64,000 nucleotides of DNA from an uncultured Spirochaetota bacterium (lineage in GTDB: Bacteria > Spirochaetota > Spirochaetia > SZUA-6 > Fen-1364), in assembly GCA_963820525.1 (NCBI GenBank), contig CAWGAA010000001.1:2976001-3040000 (forward strand), given 5' to 3'. Below, piece by piece: positions 18,005 through 27,962 of the stretch. The translations under genes and the position numbers were made by a program. The stretch's first letter is position 1. The number at the start of each line of letters is the position of its first letter. The notes beneath the pieces were generated by a model, which saw only the letters and a list, made by a program, of their open reading frames with translations, did no database searches and was not told the DNA's origin.

Positions 18005-18949
18005 ATGAGCCACCTCGTCGTCCTGCTCTACGTCCTCTCTCTCGGGAGCGGGATCGCCGCATTCGCGCTTTTCGCTTTCCTTTTATCGCGGACCCGCGAC
18101 CTCGCCATCCGGAATTACCTGCCCTATCTCGCCGTATACACGCTCCTCATCACGGCCGTTTCCGTGATGACCTACATCACCGCGAATGGCCTTGTCGACC
18201 TTGAGGATTTCGAAGCGCTTCTGCGGTTCCTGAAGCTCTACCTTGCCGTCTTCGTGCCGTTTCTTGGCGGATTCATTTTGGTCATGCCCAGGTTCTATGC
18301 GGCATTCCTCGGTTTTTCCATTTCCAGCCGGTGGAGGAAGGCGACGCTTGCCCTGACGGCGGCGGCCGCGCCCGTATTCGCAGTCCTCGTGTCCGGTCTG
18401 GGTTTCTTCCTGTCGCTCGTCACGTTTTTCACGTACGCCGCCGCCTTCGTCGCGGTCTCGACGTGGGTGGCGGTCATCGTCGCGCGGCGAAGGCCGTTCG
18501 TCCGGGATCCCCTCATACGCGCGGCCATTCCCGTGATCTCCGTGTTGTTCGCATTGAGCATGGCCGGCGCATTCGCGGAATCGTTTCTGATGGCCAGGCT
18601 CTACGCAGACTCAAGCGGCCGCGCGGTCTATTTCTCCATCGTGAATCCGATCTTCTACTTGATCTGGAACGTCCTGTCGATCGCCTTCGCAATGAAGCGC
18701 TACCTCCGCCGCGACGAGCCGTCCGACGGGATTGTCCTGTCCGGGGATTTCCTCGAACGACATGGGATCACCGATCGGGAGGCCGAAATCGTTCGCGCCG
18801 TCCTCCAAGGACAGAGCAACAAGGAGATCGCCTACAACCTCGGCCTGTCGGCCAACACGGTGCGTAACCACGTCCGCAGCGTATTCGTCAAGGCCGGGGT
18901 GGCGAGCCGGGTTCAGCTCTTCAACAAGATCCGGGCAAAGACCTCGTGA
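18005..18949 (+). CDS. Membrane-anchored LuxR-type regulator (multi-TM N-terminus plus HTH)
   Basis: About 7 hydrophobic segments followed by ITDREAEIV....QGQSNKEIAYNLGLSANTVRNHV. Confidence 0.88.
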   Translation: MSHLVVLLYVLSLGSGIAAFALFAFLLSRTRDLAIRNYLPYLAVYTLLITAVSVMTYITANGLVDLEDFEALLRFLKLYLAVFVPFLGGFILVMPRFYAAFLGFSISSRWRKATLALTAAAAPVFAVLVSGLGFFLSLVTFFTYAAAFVAVSTWVAVIVARRRPFVRDPLIRAAIPVISVLFALSMAGAFAESFLMARLYADSSGRAVYFSIVNPIFYLIWNVLSIAFAMKRYLRRDEPSDGIVLSGDFLERHGITDREAEIVRAVLQGQSNKEIAYNLGLSANTVRNHVRSVFVKAGVASRVQLFNKIRAKTS

Positions 18950-19083
18950 GCTCGGGAATCGAGCCACGCCGGCCCGTTGGCTCCAATAGTATGAAAGTAC
19001 CATGATGGAATCCCTCCTCGTGGCTGTATAAATGGATCGACAGCGGCCGGACCATGAAAAACCCGCGGCCGCGAGGAGGTCGT

Positions 19084-19968
19084 ATGAACATCAGGAAAGC
19101 AGCCGCGAACGTTGTTCGCTATCTCGCCGTGTTCTCCGCCGTGTGCGTGGCGGTCTTGGTCTCCACCTGGATCGTCCCGGTGCGCGCCGAGCTCATGACC
19201 AGGATCACGGAGCTGGGCGCCGCCTTCATGGCGATCACAACGGTGAACTTCGCGATCACCGCGCTCGTTCTGTTTCTCTTCCTGTCCTTCGCCCGAACGA
19301 GCGGATGGCGGCTCGCCCTGGGACTGATCGGCGTATTCTGGGGCGTGCTGTACTTCATGAGCCAGATCGAGAGCCTGATCTTCAATGAGGCGCTCACCTC
19401 GATGACCACGAGCGACATCATCGAGAACGTCCTGCGCGGACTCGTGTCCACGGCGCTGTCGGTTCCCGCGGCGATGCTTCTCACCGGAGGATTCAAGAAG
19501 AAGGCGACGAGGGACGGCGCGTCCCTCCGCGTCGACATCGCGGATTATGCCTGGAAGCTCCCCGCAGCCGGTGTTGTCTTTGTGCTGGTGTACTGGCTCT
19601 TCGGCTATTTCGTGGCTTGGCAGTTCCCCGCCCTCCGGCAGTACTACTCGGGAACGACGGAACTGGTTCCTTTCTTTCCCTATACGGCGGCCATGCTCGC
19701 CAACTCGCCGTGGTTCGTTTTCGTGCAGTTCGGCCGCGGTCTTCTCTGGGGCCTGCTCGCCCTGCTGTCCGTCCTGCTCATCGGAAAAAGCAAGACTCGG
19801 AGCGCGTTCGGGGTCGGCGCGGTTTTCACCCTGTTCGGCCTCCAGCTCCTCGTTCCCAATCCGATGATGCCGACGGAAATCCGGGTCCCTCACCTCTTCG
19901 AGACGACAAGCTCGATGCTCTTGTACGGATCGTTCCTGGGGTGGTTCCTGCATCCAAGAAGAATTTAA
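19084..19968 (+). CDS. Hypothetical polytopic membrane protein
   Basis: GGAGG SD; about 8 TM segments; FGYFVAWQFP.LRQYY and NPMMP..IR.PHLFE blocks. Confidence 0.78.
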   Translation: MNIRKAAANVVRYLAVFSAVCVAVLVSTWIVPVRAELMTRITELGAAFMAITTVNFAITALVLFLFLSFARTSGWRLALGLIGVFWGVLYFMSQIESLIFNEALTSMTTSDIIENVLRGLVSTALSVPAAMLLTGGFKKKATRDGASLRVDIADYAWKLPAAGVVFVLVYWLFGYFVAWQFPALRQYYSGTTELVPFFPYTAAMLANSPWFVFVQFGRGLLWGLLALLSVLLIGKSKTRSAFGVGAVFTLFGLQLLVPNPMMPTEIRVPHLFETTSSMLLYGSFLGWFLHPRRI

Positions 19969-19974
19969 AGCCCT

Positions 19975-20316
19975 TCACTCAGCCGCGGCCCCCTCCTTGT
20001 CCTTCTGGTAGAGGTCGATGACGCTCTTTTTCCAGAGCTTCACCTTGGAGCGGTGCGCGCCGCGGGCGATGGCGTGGGCCGCGGTGGGTGAGGTGATCAG
20101 GATGAACAGGAGGCAGAGAAGCGCCTTGATGCCGAGGGAGGTGAAGCCGGACCAGGCCAGGACCCCGATCAGCATGAAGATGGTGCCGAAGGTGACGCAC
20201 TTGGTTGCGGCCTGGAGACGATTGTAGACGTCCGGCAGCCGCAACAAGCCGAGGCAGCCGAAGAAATTGAAGAAGATGCCGACCCCGAAGCAGATGATGG
20301 AGGCGATGTTACTCAT
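19975..20316 (-). CDS. mnhG: Mrp/Mnh antiporter subunit G (MbhC-like)
   Basis: GLLRLPDVYNRLQAATK and TSPTAAHAIARGA motifs. Confidence 0.93.
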   Translation of the reverse strand: MSNIASIICFGVGIFFNFFGCLGLLRLPDVYNRLQAATKCVTFGTIFMLIGVLAWSGFTSLGIKALLCLLFILITSPTAAHAIARGAHRSKVKLWKKSVIDLYQKDKEGAAAE

Positions 20317-20575
20317 CGAAACCCCTCCCTTCCAGGTACTTCGCCAGTGCGACCGTACCGATGAAGCTCAAGAGGGCCCACGTGATGGCCACGGTGATGA
20401 AGAACTCCTGCCCCGTGACGACCGAGAGCAACGCACAGAAACCTACTATTACGATCCCGATGATGTCGATCGCCACGGTCCGGTCCGGGGCGGTGGGTCC
20501 GCGGGCAATGCGGTAGAGGCACATGAAACAGCAGAGCAGGAGCACGCCGGTGAAGATCTGAAATACGACGCTCAT
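20309..20575 (-). CDS. mnhF: Mrp/Mnh antiporter subunit F (MbhB-like)
   Basis: RIARGPTAPDRTVAID and LSFIGTVALAKYL motifs. Confidence 0.93.
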   Translation of the reverse strand: MSVVFQIFTGVLLLCCFMCLYRIARGPTAPDRTVAIDIIGIVIVGFCALLSVVTGQEFFITVAITWALLSFIGTVALAKYLEGRGFDE

Positions 20576-20585
20576 GCACTCCCCC

Positions 20586-21113
20586 TCAGTCGAACATCTT
20601 CGACAATATGCGCTCGAAATCGGATACGATCTTCCGCGTGGCTTCCTCCACATCCGTCGCCTCCACGTTGATCCAATGGATGTAGAGGTAGCCGTCGTCC
20701 GTCATGTCCACCGTCATGGTCCCCGGCGTGAGGGTTATGGAGTTGGCAAGAACGGTCCTCCCCGATTCGCTGGTGAGTACGGTCTTCACCTTCACGATCC
20801 CTGGCCGTATCGGAAGCGCGGGATGGGCCACACGGTAGAGAACGTCGAGGTTCGCCTTGAGCATGGCCCAGAAGAAAACGGCAAGATAGACCGGCACCCA
20901 CAGCCAGCGTGCGATACTGCGCGGCCGCGCGGGGCGGCGCGGGGAAACCGCCGGGAATGTGAAAATCCTCGAGAAGAGAAGGCTGGCGGCCGCCGCCAGG
21001 ACCACCCCGATGATGAGCGGCTGCCAGTCCATCGTGCGCGTTCGAAAATCGTAGGGCCAGCTCACCAGGTACCAGAGAACCAGGGAGACGAGAAACAGGG
21101 TGATCCTTCGCAT
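20586..21113 (-). CDS. mnhE: Mrp/Mnh antiporter subunit E (MbhA-like)
   Basis: ANLDV, IRPGIV, LANSITLTPGT and LYIHWI motifs. Confidence 0.93.
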   Translation of the reverse strand: MRRITLFLVSLVLWYLVSWPYDFRTRTMDWQPLIIGVVLAAAASLLFSRIFTFPAVSPRRPARPRSIARWLWVPVYLAVFFWAMLKANLDVLYRVAHPALPIRPGIVKVKTVLTSESGRTVLANSITLTPGTMTVDMTDDGYLYIHWINVEATDVEEATRKIVSDFERILSKMFD

Positions 21114-21114
21114 C

Positions 21115-22638
21115 CTAACCTCCAGACCCCGGGAAGACAGCCGCGGCGTATCCAAGGCCCGCCGACAGCGCGTTCACGGCAGGCTCGAGGAACTGCCCTC
21201 GAAGCCCCCCGACGAGGAGCAGTCCCATCCCCGCGCACAGCACCGCCAGAGCCACCATGGCCAGCGACATGGCCAGAGGGGATTCCTTCACCTCCCGGAG
21301 CCGCTCCGGCAGGCTCCCGAGGAATGCGTAGCGCAGGACCTTCAGGAACGAGACCAGGGTGACGAAGCTCACGAGAATCGTGATCGCCCCCAGCCAGTGG
21401 AACCCGGCCTGGAACGCCGCGATGATGATCAAGAGCTTGCTCCAGAACCCGTTGAACGGCGGCACCCCGGCGATGGAAAGAGAAGCGATGGTGCAGGCTA
21501 TCCGGGTGACGGGGAGTTTCTGCCACAACCCCCCCATCTCCTTCAACTGCCGCGTGCCCGTGGCGTATTCGATGGAGCCCGAGCAGAGAAACAGGAGGGA
21601 CTTGAAGACCGCGTGGTTCGCCAGGTGGAACACGCCTCCCAGGATGGCGAGTGAAGCCACGGCGGCGCTTCCGCCCGTGGCCAGAAGGTAGCCGCCCATG
21701 CCGAACCCCAGGATCACGTAGCCCATCTGGCTGATGCTGTGGTACGCGAGAAGACGCTTGAGATCCCATTGGCCGACGGCGAGGAAGACCCCCACGGTCA
21801 TGGAGAGCACCCCAACGGCAATGAGAACCGCGGCGAACCTTCCGTCCATGCCGATGACGTTGAAAAGCACGCGGGCAAGAGCGTAGATCCCCAACGCCTT
21901 GATCAGCACCCCGGAGAGCATGGCCGAGATGGGAGCCGGAGCCGAGGGATGGGCGTCGGGCAGCCAGGGATGGAAGGGGACCAGGGCCGCCTTGATCCCG
22001 AAACCCACGATGAAAAGCACGACGGCCATGGCCACCTGCGGCTTCATGGCGGAGCCCGCGAGCGCCCGGGAGATGCTCGCCATGGTGAGGAAGCCGGTCG
22101 TTCCGTACAGGAGAGCGATCCCCACGAGGATGAACGTGGAACCGATGCTGCCCAGCACGAGGTACCGGAACGACGCCTCCAGCTCCTCGTGCTCGGTGCC
22201 GAAGGCGACCAGCGCGTAGGATGACACGGAGGCGATCTCCAGGAACACGAAGAGGTTGAACAGGTCCCCGGTGATGATCACCCCGTTCATGCCCGCGACC
22301 ATGAGGAGGAAAAGCCCGTAATACCGATGCTTCGACGTGAAGCGCCTCATGTACGGAACCGAGAAGAGCGTGACGGAGAAGCTCACGCAGCCGATCACCA
22401 GGAGCATGAACGTGGAGAGGCCGTCCATCACCCACGCGATGCCCAGGGGAGGAGGCCAGCCGCCGACCGCGTAGACCCCGCGGGCTCCCCGCAAGAGCAC
22501 CGCCAGTGCCAGAAGCGCGAGGGTGCAGGCGTTGCCGAGTATGTCGCAAACCGCAGATGACTTCCTGCCCAGCACGGTGACGAGGAAAGCGCCGGCAAGC
22601 GGGACGGCCACCAGAAGCGGAACGAGGATGCCGCTCAT
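21115..22638 (-). CDS. mnhD: Mrp antiporter subunit D (MbhH-like, NuoN/M homologue)
   Basis: GDLFNLFVFLEIAS, KAALVPFHPWLPDAHPSAP, LKRLLAYHSISQMGY, NHAVFKSLLFL and GVPPFNGFWSK motifs. Confidence 0.92.
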   Translation of the reverse strand: MSGILVPLLVAVPLAGAFLVTVLGRKSSAVCDILGNACTLALLALAVLLRGARGVYAVGGWPPPLGIAWVMDGLSTFMLLVIGCVSFSVTLFSVPYMRRFTSKHRYYGLFLLMVAGMNGVIITGDLFNLFVFLEIASVSSYALVAFGTEHEELEASFRYLVLGSIGSTFILVGIALLYGTTGFLTMASISRALAGSAMKPQVAMAVVLFIVGFGIKAALVPFHPWLPDAHPSAPAPISAMLSGVLIKALGIYALARVLFNVIGMDGRFAAVLIAVGVLSMTVGVFLAVGQWDLKRLLAYHSISQMGYVILGFGMGGYLLATGGSAAVASLAILGGVFHLANHAVFKSLLFLCSGSIEYATGTRQLKEMGGLWQKLPVTRIACTIASLSIAGVPPFNGFWSKLLIIIAAFQAGFHWLGAITILVSFVTLVSFLKVLRYAFLGSLPERLREVKESPLAMSLAMVALAVLCAGMGLLLVGGLRGQFLEPAVNALSAGLGYAAAVFPGSGG

Positions 22639-22982
22639 CCCTTCAACCTCCTGATCTCCGTGATGTCGAAGGTGCCGTATTTCTCGTAGAGGCGGATGCA
22701 CAGCGCGATGCCCAGGCTCGTGATCCCCAGCCCGATCACGATGGAAGTGAGCACGAGCGCCTGGGGAAGCGGATCCACCGCGCGGGAGAGGAAGTCGGTG
22801 AGATTGGTCGCCGGTTCGAGGATGGGCACGGCGCCGTTCTTCCTGTAGCCCAGGAGCACGAGGAAGAGGTTCACCGCGTATTCGATGATGGAAAGACCCA
22901 CCACGATCTTCACCGTGTTCTTCTTGGTCAGAACGCCGTACAGCCCCACAAGGAACAACACGAGGCACAACGCGTAGACCAT
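22635..22982 (-). CDS. mnhC: Mrp antiporter subunit C (MbhG-like)
   Basis: VDPLPQALVLTSIVIG motif. Confidence 0.94.
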   Translation of the reverse strand: MVYALCLVLFLVGLYGVLTKKNTVKIVVGLSIIEYAVNLFLVLLGYRKNGAVPILEPATNLTDFLSRAVDPLPQALVLTSIVIGLGITSLGIALCIRLYEKYGTFDITEIRRLKG

Positions 22983-22985
22983 GGG

Positions 22986-23468
22986 CTACTCCTCCTCTTC
23001 GGTCTGAACCATTTTTGAGGCGCCGTCCGCGTCCACCACGATCCGCAGCACGGAGAGGATCACGAAAATCGAGAACAGCGAGGCGCTCACCTTCAGGCAA
23101 ATGGCGATGTTGTTCACGGGTATCGTTCCCGCGCTCAGGATGTGAAAGCTCCTCCCGGGGAAGCGCTCCTGCAGGAAATTGGCGAAAAAGATCCCGCCCC
23201 ACCCGACGCCCAGGAGCCCCACCGTGAGAAAAATGAGCGCTCCGGCGCTGTCCAACCCGGCGGCGGTGCCCAGTCCGGCGCGCCCGAGGCTCGCCTCCTT
23301 GCCGAAGGCGAGGGTGAGGAGGATGTAGGCGCAGGCGATGATAACGCCGCCCGCGAACCCTCCGCCCGGAGAGAGGTGGCCCGTCAGGGTGATGTATGCC
23401 CCGTAAAGGACGATGAAGACCGTCACCCAGCGGGTGACGGTCTTCACGATCACCGTCATCCCTTTCAT
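22986..23468 (-). CDS. mnhB: Mrp antiporter subunit B (MbhF-like)
   Basis: GHLSPGGGFAGG motif. Confidence 0.92.
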   Translation of the reverse strand: MKGMTVIVKTVTRWVTVFIVLYGAYITLTGHLSPGGGFAGGVIIACAYILLTLAFGKEASLGRAGLGTAAGLDSAGALIFLTVGLLGVGWGGIFFANFLQERFPGRSFHILSAGTIPVNNIAICLKVSASLFSIFVILSVLRIVVDADGASKMVQTEEEE

Positions 23469-24016
23469 TTGTCTTTCCCCCTCTTTGACCTGCCCCGCAG
23501 GATAGTCAGGGCGCCCAGAATGGAGGCGAAAAGGACCGTCGCCTCTCCCATCGTGTCGTAGCCCCGGTAGTCGAGCACGATCGACGTGACGGCGTTCGCG
23601 GAGCCCGTATCGCGCAGCGTCTCCTGGAGGTAGCGGTTGGCGGGCGCTTCCACCACCCGGGAGATGATGGGCGTGCCGAAGGGCGGCAGGCCGCGAAGGG
23701 CGAAAATCCCGAACGCCAGGAAGACCGCCAGGAGCGCGACCGAGAGGGCAAGCCCGGCCCACCCGATGTGTCCGCGGGCCGGAGTGACCTCCCGGGAAAT
23801 GGTTGCGCGGATGAGGAAGATGAGGGCCACGACCTCAACGGCGACCTGGACGATGGCGAGATCCGGCGCCCAGAGGAAAAGGAAGGCGATGCTCACCCCG
23901 ACGCCGACGGCGCCGAGGGAGATCACGGAAGAGATGAGGGCCGGGGTCTCCAGGGCGATAAAGCCCCCGAGGATCATGAAGGAAAGCAGTGCGATCAGAA
24001 TCGTCTCTGTTCCCAT
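23465..24016 (-). CDS. MrpA C-terminal-like subunit (MbhD/DUF4040 plus MbhE fusion)
   Basis: APDLAIVQVAVE and NAVTSIVLDYRGYDTMGEATVL motifs. Confidence 0.88.
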   Translation of the reverse strand: MGTETILIALLSFMILGGFIALETPALISSVISLGAVGVGVSIAFLFLWAPDLAIVQVAVEVVALIFLIRATISREVTPARGHIGWAGLALSVALLAVFLAFGIFALRGLPPFGTPIISRVVEAPANRYLQETLRDTGSANAVTSIVLDYRGYDTMGEATVLFASILGALTILRGRSKRGKDK

Positions 24017-24025
24017 AGGCTTACC

Positions 24026-25858
24026 TCACAGGAAAACGATCACGGCGAAGAGCGCCAGGAGCCCCGCAATGCTCCAGGCCAGGTACCACGGGAGCATGCC
24101 GTTGTGCAGCTTGCGCAGCGCCCAGGTGATCCCGGCGCCGGCCCTGCCTATCTGGACGTAGGGATCGAAGGCGCCCTTCTCCTGGCCGCGGTACATCCTG
24201 CCCAGGAGCGGGAGGCTCCTGAGCGTCTCGTAGAAGCCGACGCCCGAGACGCGAAGCCGTTCGGCGCTCATGCTCTCTCCCCCGATGAACGGCTCCGCGA
24301 TCCGCGCCTTTTTCCTCAGGCGGCCGAGGCCATAGAGGAGCAGCCCCGCGGCCAGGCCGATAAGGAGGAGCGCGGTGGCAAGCGTCGAGTCCCAGACTCC
24401 GCCCGCCTCGGCAGAGAAACCCAGGGCAGGAAAGATCAGGGCCCTCAGGGTGAATCTGTAGAAGATCCCGATGCCGACGCAGGCGAGAGCAAGCACGGCA
24501 GGGGGCGCGAGCATCGCCCAGTTCACCTCGCCCGAGATCTCCCGCGTCCGAAGGGACCTCTGGCCGAGAAAGACGGAATACAGGGCCTTGATGAAGGAAG
24601 CGAGGGTAAGGGCGCTGCCGAACATGGCGGTCACGAGGAACAGCATCGAGGCCCATCCCCCGGCTTGAATGGCGCCCTGGTAGATCATCCACTTGGAGGC
24701 GAAGCCGTTGAGGGGTGGGATGCCGGAGATTGCGAGGGATGCCACGAGAAAGGAGGCGAAGGTGACGGGCATGGCCGCGGCAAGGCCGCCCAGATCCTCC
24801 AGGTTCGTGGTCCCGGCCTTTTTTTCCACCGATCCTCCGCCCAGGAAAAGGCAGCTCTTGTACAGCGTGTGATTCAGCATGTGGAACAGCCCGCCCGCGA
24901 TGCCGATCGGGGTCAGCGTACCGATGCCGAGCACCATGTACCCGACCTGGCTGATGGCATGGTAGGAGAGCAGGCGCATGAGGTCGTGCTGCACCATGGC
25001 CATGAGCACCGCGGCGACGATGGTCACCGCGCCGACGGTCATCAGCACCGTACCGATGGCGGCCGTGGGAATGAAGATGCCCGTGCAGATCCGCACCAGC
25101 AGGTAGATTCCCAGGAGCTTGTCCAACGCGGCCGGGAGGAAGGCCATCACCGCGGCAGGCGCTCCTTCGCTCGCGGCGGGTATCCAGGAGTGGAAAGGCA
25201 TGGAGCCCGCCTTTGTCAAGGCGGCAGTCCCGATCAGGAGAAAGGCGATCGAGAGGAGCCATCCCTGGACCGGCACGTGGATCGCGCTCATGGAGAACGA
25301 GCGCACCGCGTACCACAACAGTCCGATGCCCAGGAGCAGGCAGCCGTCCGTGGCGCCCAACATGACGAAGCTCTTCGTCGCCCCCGCCCTCGCCTCGGCC
25401 GTGCCGGTGGCGACCAGGAAGTACAGGGAGGCGGTGACGATCTCCCAGAAGATGAGGAAGGCCAGGAGATGGTCGGCAAGGAGCACGCCGCTCGAGCCTC
25501 CGATTGCGAAGAGCAGGAACGCGTAGTATTCCCGCAGCCTGGCTTTTCCCGCCATCGCGGGAAGGGAGTACAGGGTGATGAGCAGGCCGAACGCCGCGGA
25601 GAGCAGGAGCGCGAAGGAGCCCAGAGGGGTGAGGGTGAGATCGAGGGAAAGGGAGAAATCCCCGATGGAGATCAGCGGCAGCATGAAATCTGGCCCGCCG
25701 GCGATGAAGAGCCAAAGGGAGAAGGCGAAGGTGGCTGCCGCCGCCAGGAGGGCGAGGGATTCCCTCACCCATTTCATGGCACGGGGGATCGCGAGGGCGA
25801 GAATCCCGGCGGCCAGCGGAACGACGACCGGCAGGAGCGTCACGGCTTGCGTGCTCAT
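24026..25858 (-). CDS. Large antiporter-like subunit (NuoL/HyfB/MrpA-type)
   Basis: FLIFWEI, KAGSMPFHSWIP, RLLSYHAISQVGY, NHTLYKSCLFL, GIPPLNGFASKW and C-terminal LRKLHNG.L.WY. Confidence 0.9.
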   Translation of the reverse strand: MSTQAVTLLPVVVPLAAGILALAIPRAMKWVRESLALLAAAATFAFSLWLFIAGGPDFMLPLISIGDFSLSLDLTLTPLGSFALLLSAAFGLLITLYSLPAMAGKARLREYYAFLLFAIGGSSGVLLADHLLAFLIFWEIVTASLYFLVATGTAEARAGATKSFVMLGATDGCLLLGIGLLWYAVRSFSMSAIHVPVQGWLLSIAFLLIGTAALTKAGSMPFHSWIPAASEGAPAAVMAFLPAALDKLLGIYLLVRICTGIFIPTAAIGTVLMTVGAVTIVAAVLMAMVQHDLMRLLSYHAISQVGYMVLGIGTLTPIGIAGGLFHMLNHTLYKSCLFLGGGSVEKKAGTTNLEDLGGLAAAMPVTFASFLVASLAISGIPPLNGFASKWMIYQGAIQAGGWASMLFLVTAMFGSALTLASFIKALYSVFLGQRSLRTREISGEVNWAMLAPPAVLALACVGIGIFYRFTLRALIFPALGFSAEAGGVWDSTLATALLLIGLAAGLLLYGLGRLRKKARIAEPFIGGESMSAERLRVSGVGFYETLRSLPLLGRMYRGQEKGAFDPYVQIGRAGAGITWALRKLHNGMLPWYLAWSIAGLLALFAVIVFL

Positions 25859-25871
25859 CGAAACACCGCCT

Positions 25872-26813
25872 CTACAGCCAGGTCAGGCCGAGCGCCCGCC
25901 CAATGAAGGCGAGCGCGAACGAAACCAGCGACAAAAGAGTGAGAGGTCTCCAGAAAAATTTCAGGGATTGGTCCACCCTCACCCTCGGATTCGTGTTCTT
26001 GATCACGATGATCAGGACGAGGATTCCCGCGTACTTGAGCACGGACCACAGGGATTGCCATCCGCCGAAGCGCAACCCGCCGAGGAAAAGGGCGCACAGG
26101 AACACGGGGAGGGTAAAGAGCAGCATCGCCTGGGTGAGCTTGAAGACAGCAAGGGGCAGCCCCGAGTACTCGATGAGGAACCCGCCCATGATCTCGGTCT
26201 CCGCCTCCGAGATGTCGAAGGGGATCATGCCGAGCTTCGCCTGTACGCACAGCAGGGAGACGACGAAGGCGAGAGCGCCGGAGACGCTCGCGACAACGGG
26301 GGAGGAGGCGATCCGGGCGATCTGCAGGCTGAATCCGCTGTGGACGATGACGACGACAATGCAGATGAGGAAGGGAAGCTCGTAGGAGAGGATGAGCTTC
26401 ATTTCACGGCTCGCTCCCAGGCCGGCGAGGGGATTTCCCGAGGCGAGGGCGCCGAGCATCAGCGCGAGGGAGGGGAGCATGAGGAAATACACCACAACGA
26501 CCAGGTCTCCCATGAAGGAGCTCCCGCGCAGGAATGCGAGCCAGAGAACGGGGGATACGGCGGAGACGGCGATCAGGCCGATGAAAGGAGCGAAGAGGAA
26601 GAGGCCGTGGTTGCCGCCCTTGGGAAGGATCACCTCCTTGCCCATCAGCTTTACAATGTCGTAGACCGGCTGCGCCAGAGGCGGGCCCACCCGCCACTGC
26701 AGCCGCGCGGTCACCTTCCTGTCCACCCAGCTGGCCAGAAGCCCCAGGATCGCGGTGAAGAGGAAGCCGGGGAACACAAGGAAGGCAAAGACGTCTCTTG
26801 CCACGTGAGTCAC
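25872..26813 (-). CDS. NuoH-like membrane subunit (MbhM/HycD)
   Basis: DRKVTARLQWRVGPP..QP.YD..KL, GASRE and PFDISEAETEIMGGFLIEYSG motifs. Confidence 0.94.
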   Translation of the reverse strand: MTHVARDVFAFLVFPGFLFTAILGLLASWVDRKVTARLQWRVGPPLAQPVYDIVKLMGKEVILPKGGNHGLFLFAPFIGLIAVSAVSPVLWLAFLRGSSFMGDLVVVVYFLMLPSLALMLGALASGNPLAGLGASREMKLILSYELPFLICIVVVIVHSGFSLQIARIASSPVVASVSGALAFVVSLLCVQAKLGMIPFDISEAETEIMGGFLIEYSGLPLAVFKLTQAMLLFTLPVFLCALFLGGLRFGGWQSLWSVLKYAGILVLIIVIKNTNPRVRVDQSLKFFWRPLTLLSLVSFALAFIGRALGLTWL

Positions 26814-27346
26814 CCTCCCTTCGCGGGGGCGTGCTTTCCCGCGGTGCGGCGCCCTCTTTCGGACGCGTTGGTGAGGAGAGCCGCCGAGATGAGATCCGCC
26901 AGGAGTCCCGCCGCGCGCCGCAGATCATCCGAGAGAGGCGAGCCGATGCGGAGGCAGGCGGGCTGGATGCCGAGGACGTGAACCGCCGCGCCCGTCTGGG
27001 AGGAAATGATGCCGGACAGCTCGGCCAGGGGCATCGCGTGAGTGGTGAGGCACGCTCCGTCCAGACAGGCCGGATCAAGGATCTCGAACTCGCCCGGCGG
27101 CCTGCCCAGATGGGCGGCGTCGATCAGCAGGACCGTGTCGGGCAGCTCCCGGACCATGCGTCCGAGGTGGTTCTCCGGCGCATCCGCGGCCTCCAGAACC
27201 CCGGCCCCGGGGGCGCCGCGCAGCAGGCGCGCCACCGAAAGCCCAACGGCGTCGTCTCCGCGAAGCTCGTTGCCGATCCCGACGAGCATCACCTTCCCCC
27301 GCAGAATCGGGATGAAGGGATTGCCTGCCGCGCTTCCTTCTCTCAT
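26810..27346 (-). CDS. Hydrogenase maturation endopeptidase (HycI-like)
   Basis: VGIGNELRGDDAVG, APEN, LIDAA, TTHAMPL and LGIQP motifs. Confidence 0.93.
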   Translation of the reverse strand: MREGSAAGNPFIPILRGKVMLVGIGNELRGDDAVGLSVARLLRGAPGAGVLEAADAPENHLGRMVRELPDTVLLIDAAHLGRPPGEFEILDPACLDGACLTTHAMPLAELSGIISSQTGAAVHVLGIQPACLRIGSPLSDDLRRAAGLLADLISAALLTNASERGRRTAGKHAPAKGG

Positions 27347-27350
27347 CTGC

Positions 27351-27962
27351 CTATCCCGTGGTGAGCGTGGTCCGCCTGCGGCAGCGGGCGCAGAGAATCT
27401 TTGCCCGGTCGGACCGCCCGCGATCCGCGATGGCGGCGGCGACGTTGTCGTCAATGACCCCCATGCTCCGCAGGCGCGAGTGGAAGAGGGTGGGGCTGGA
27501 GAACTCCAGCTCCCCCACCCGCTCGGCGATCCATGAGAGGTGATCCCTGCACGCGATGACGTCACCGCAGACTTCGCAGAGGGCCAGCTCCTTCTCTATG
27601 GTCTCGAAGGATTGCGTCTTTCGGTCGAAAAAGGACAGCTCCCAGTCGTTGGAAAGCGCTATTCCGAGGTGATCCGCGATGCATGCGGCTTCACAGCAGC
27701 CGCAGAAGATGCAGGTATCGGTGTAATGGATCATGACCCGCCTGGCGACGCCGCCGTTCACCTCGTCCCGGTGGCCGATGGCATCCACCGGGCATACCTG
27801 CTCGCAGGCCAGGCAGCCGACGCATCGCTCGGCGTCGAATTTCGGCTGTCCCCGGAAGTTGCCGTGGGGAACGTGAGGGGTGCGGGGGAACGTCGAGGTG
27901 TAGGGCCGGCTCATGAGGGCCTTGATCGCCTCAGCGAGCTCCCGCATCTTGGGAAGCTTCAT
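27351..27962 (-). CDS. NuoI-like [4Fe-4S] subunit (MbhN/HycF)
   Basis: FRGQP, CVGCLACEQVCP and CIFCGCCEAAC, plus C-terminal CEVC...CARC. Confidence 0.92.
   Translation of the reverse strand: MKLPKMRELAEAIKALMSRPYTSTFPRTPHVPHGNFRGQPKFDAERCVGCLACEQVCPVDAIGHRDEVNGGVARRVMIHYTDTCIFCGCCEAACIADHLGIALSNDWELSFFDRKTQSFETIEKELALCEVCGDVIACRDHLSWIAERVGELEFSSPTLFHSRLRSMGVIDDNVAAAIADRGRSDRAKILCARCRRRTTLTTG

Noticed and set aside
23768..25906. 712-aa plus-strand ORF and other long antisense ORFs (e.g. 39280-41073, 7640-8980, 50464-51699)
   Set aside because: Shadow ORFs opposite well-supported genes, expected from high GC3 bias; no motifs
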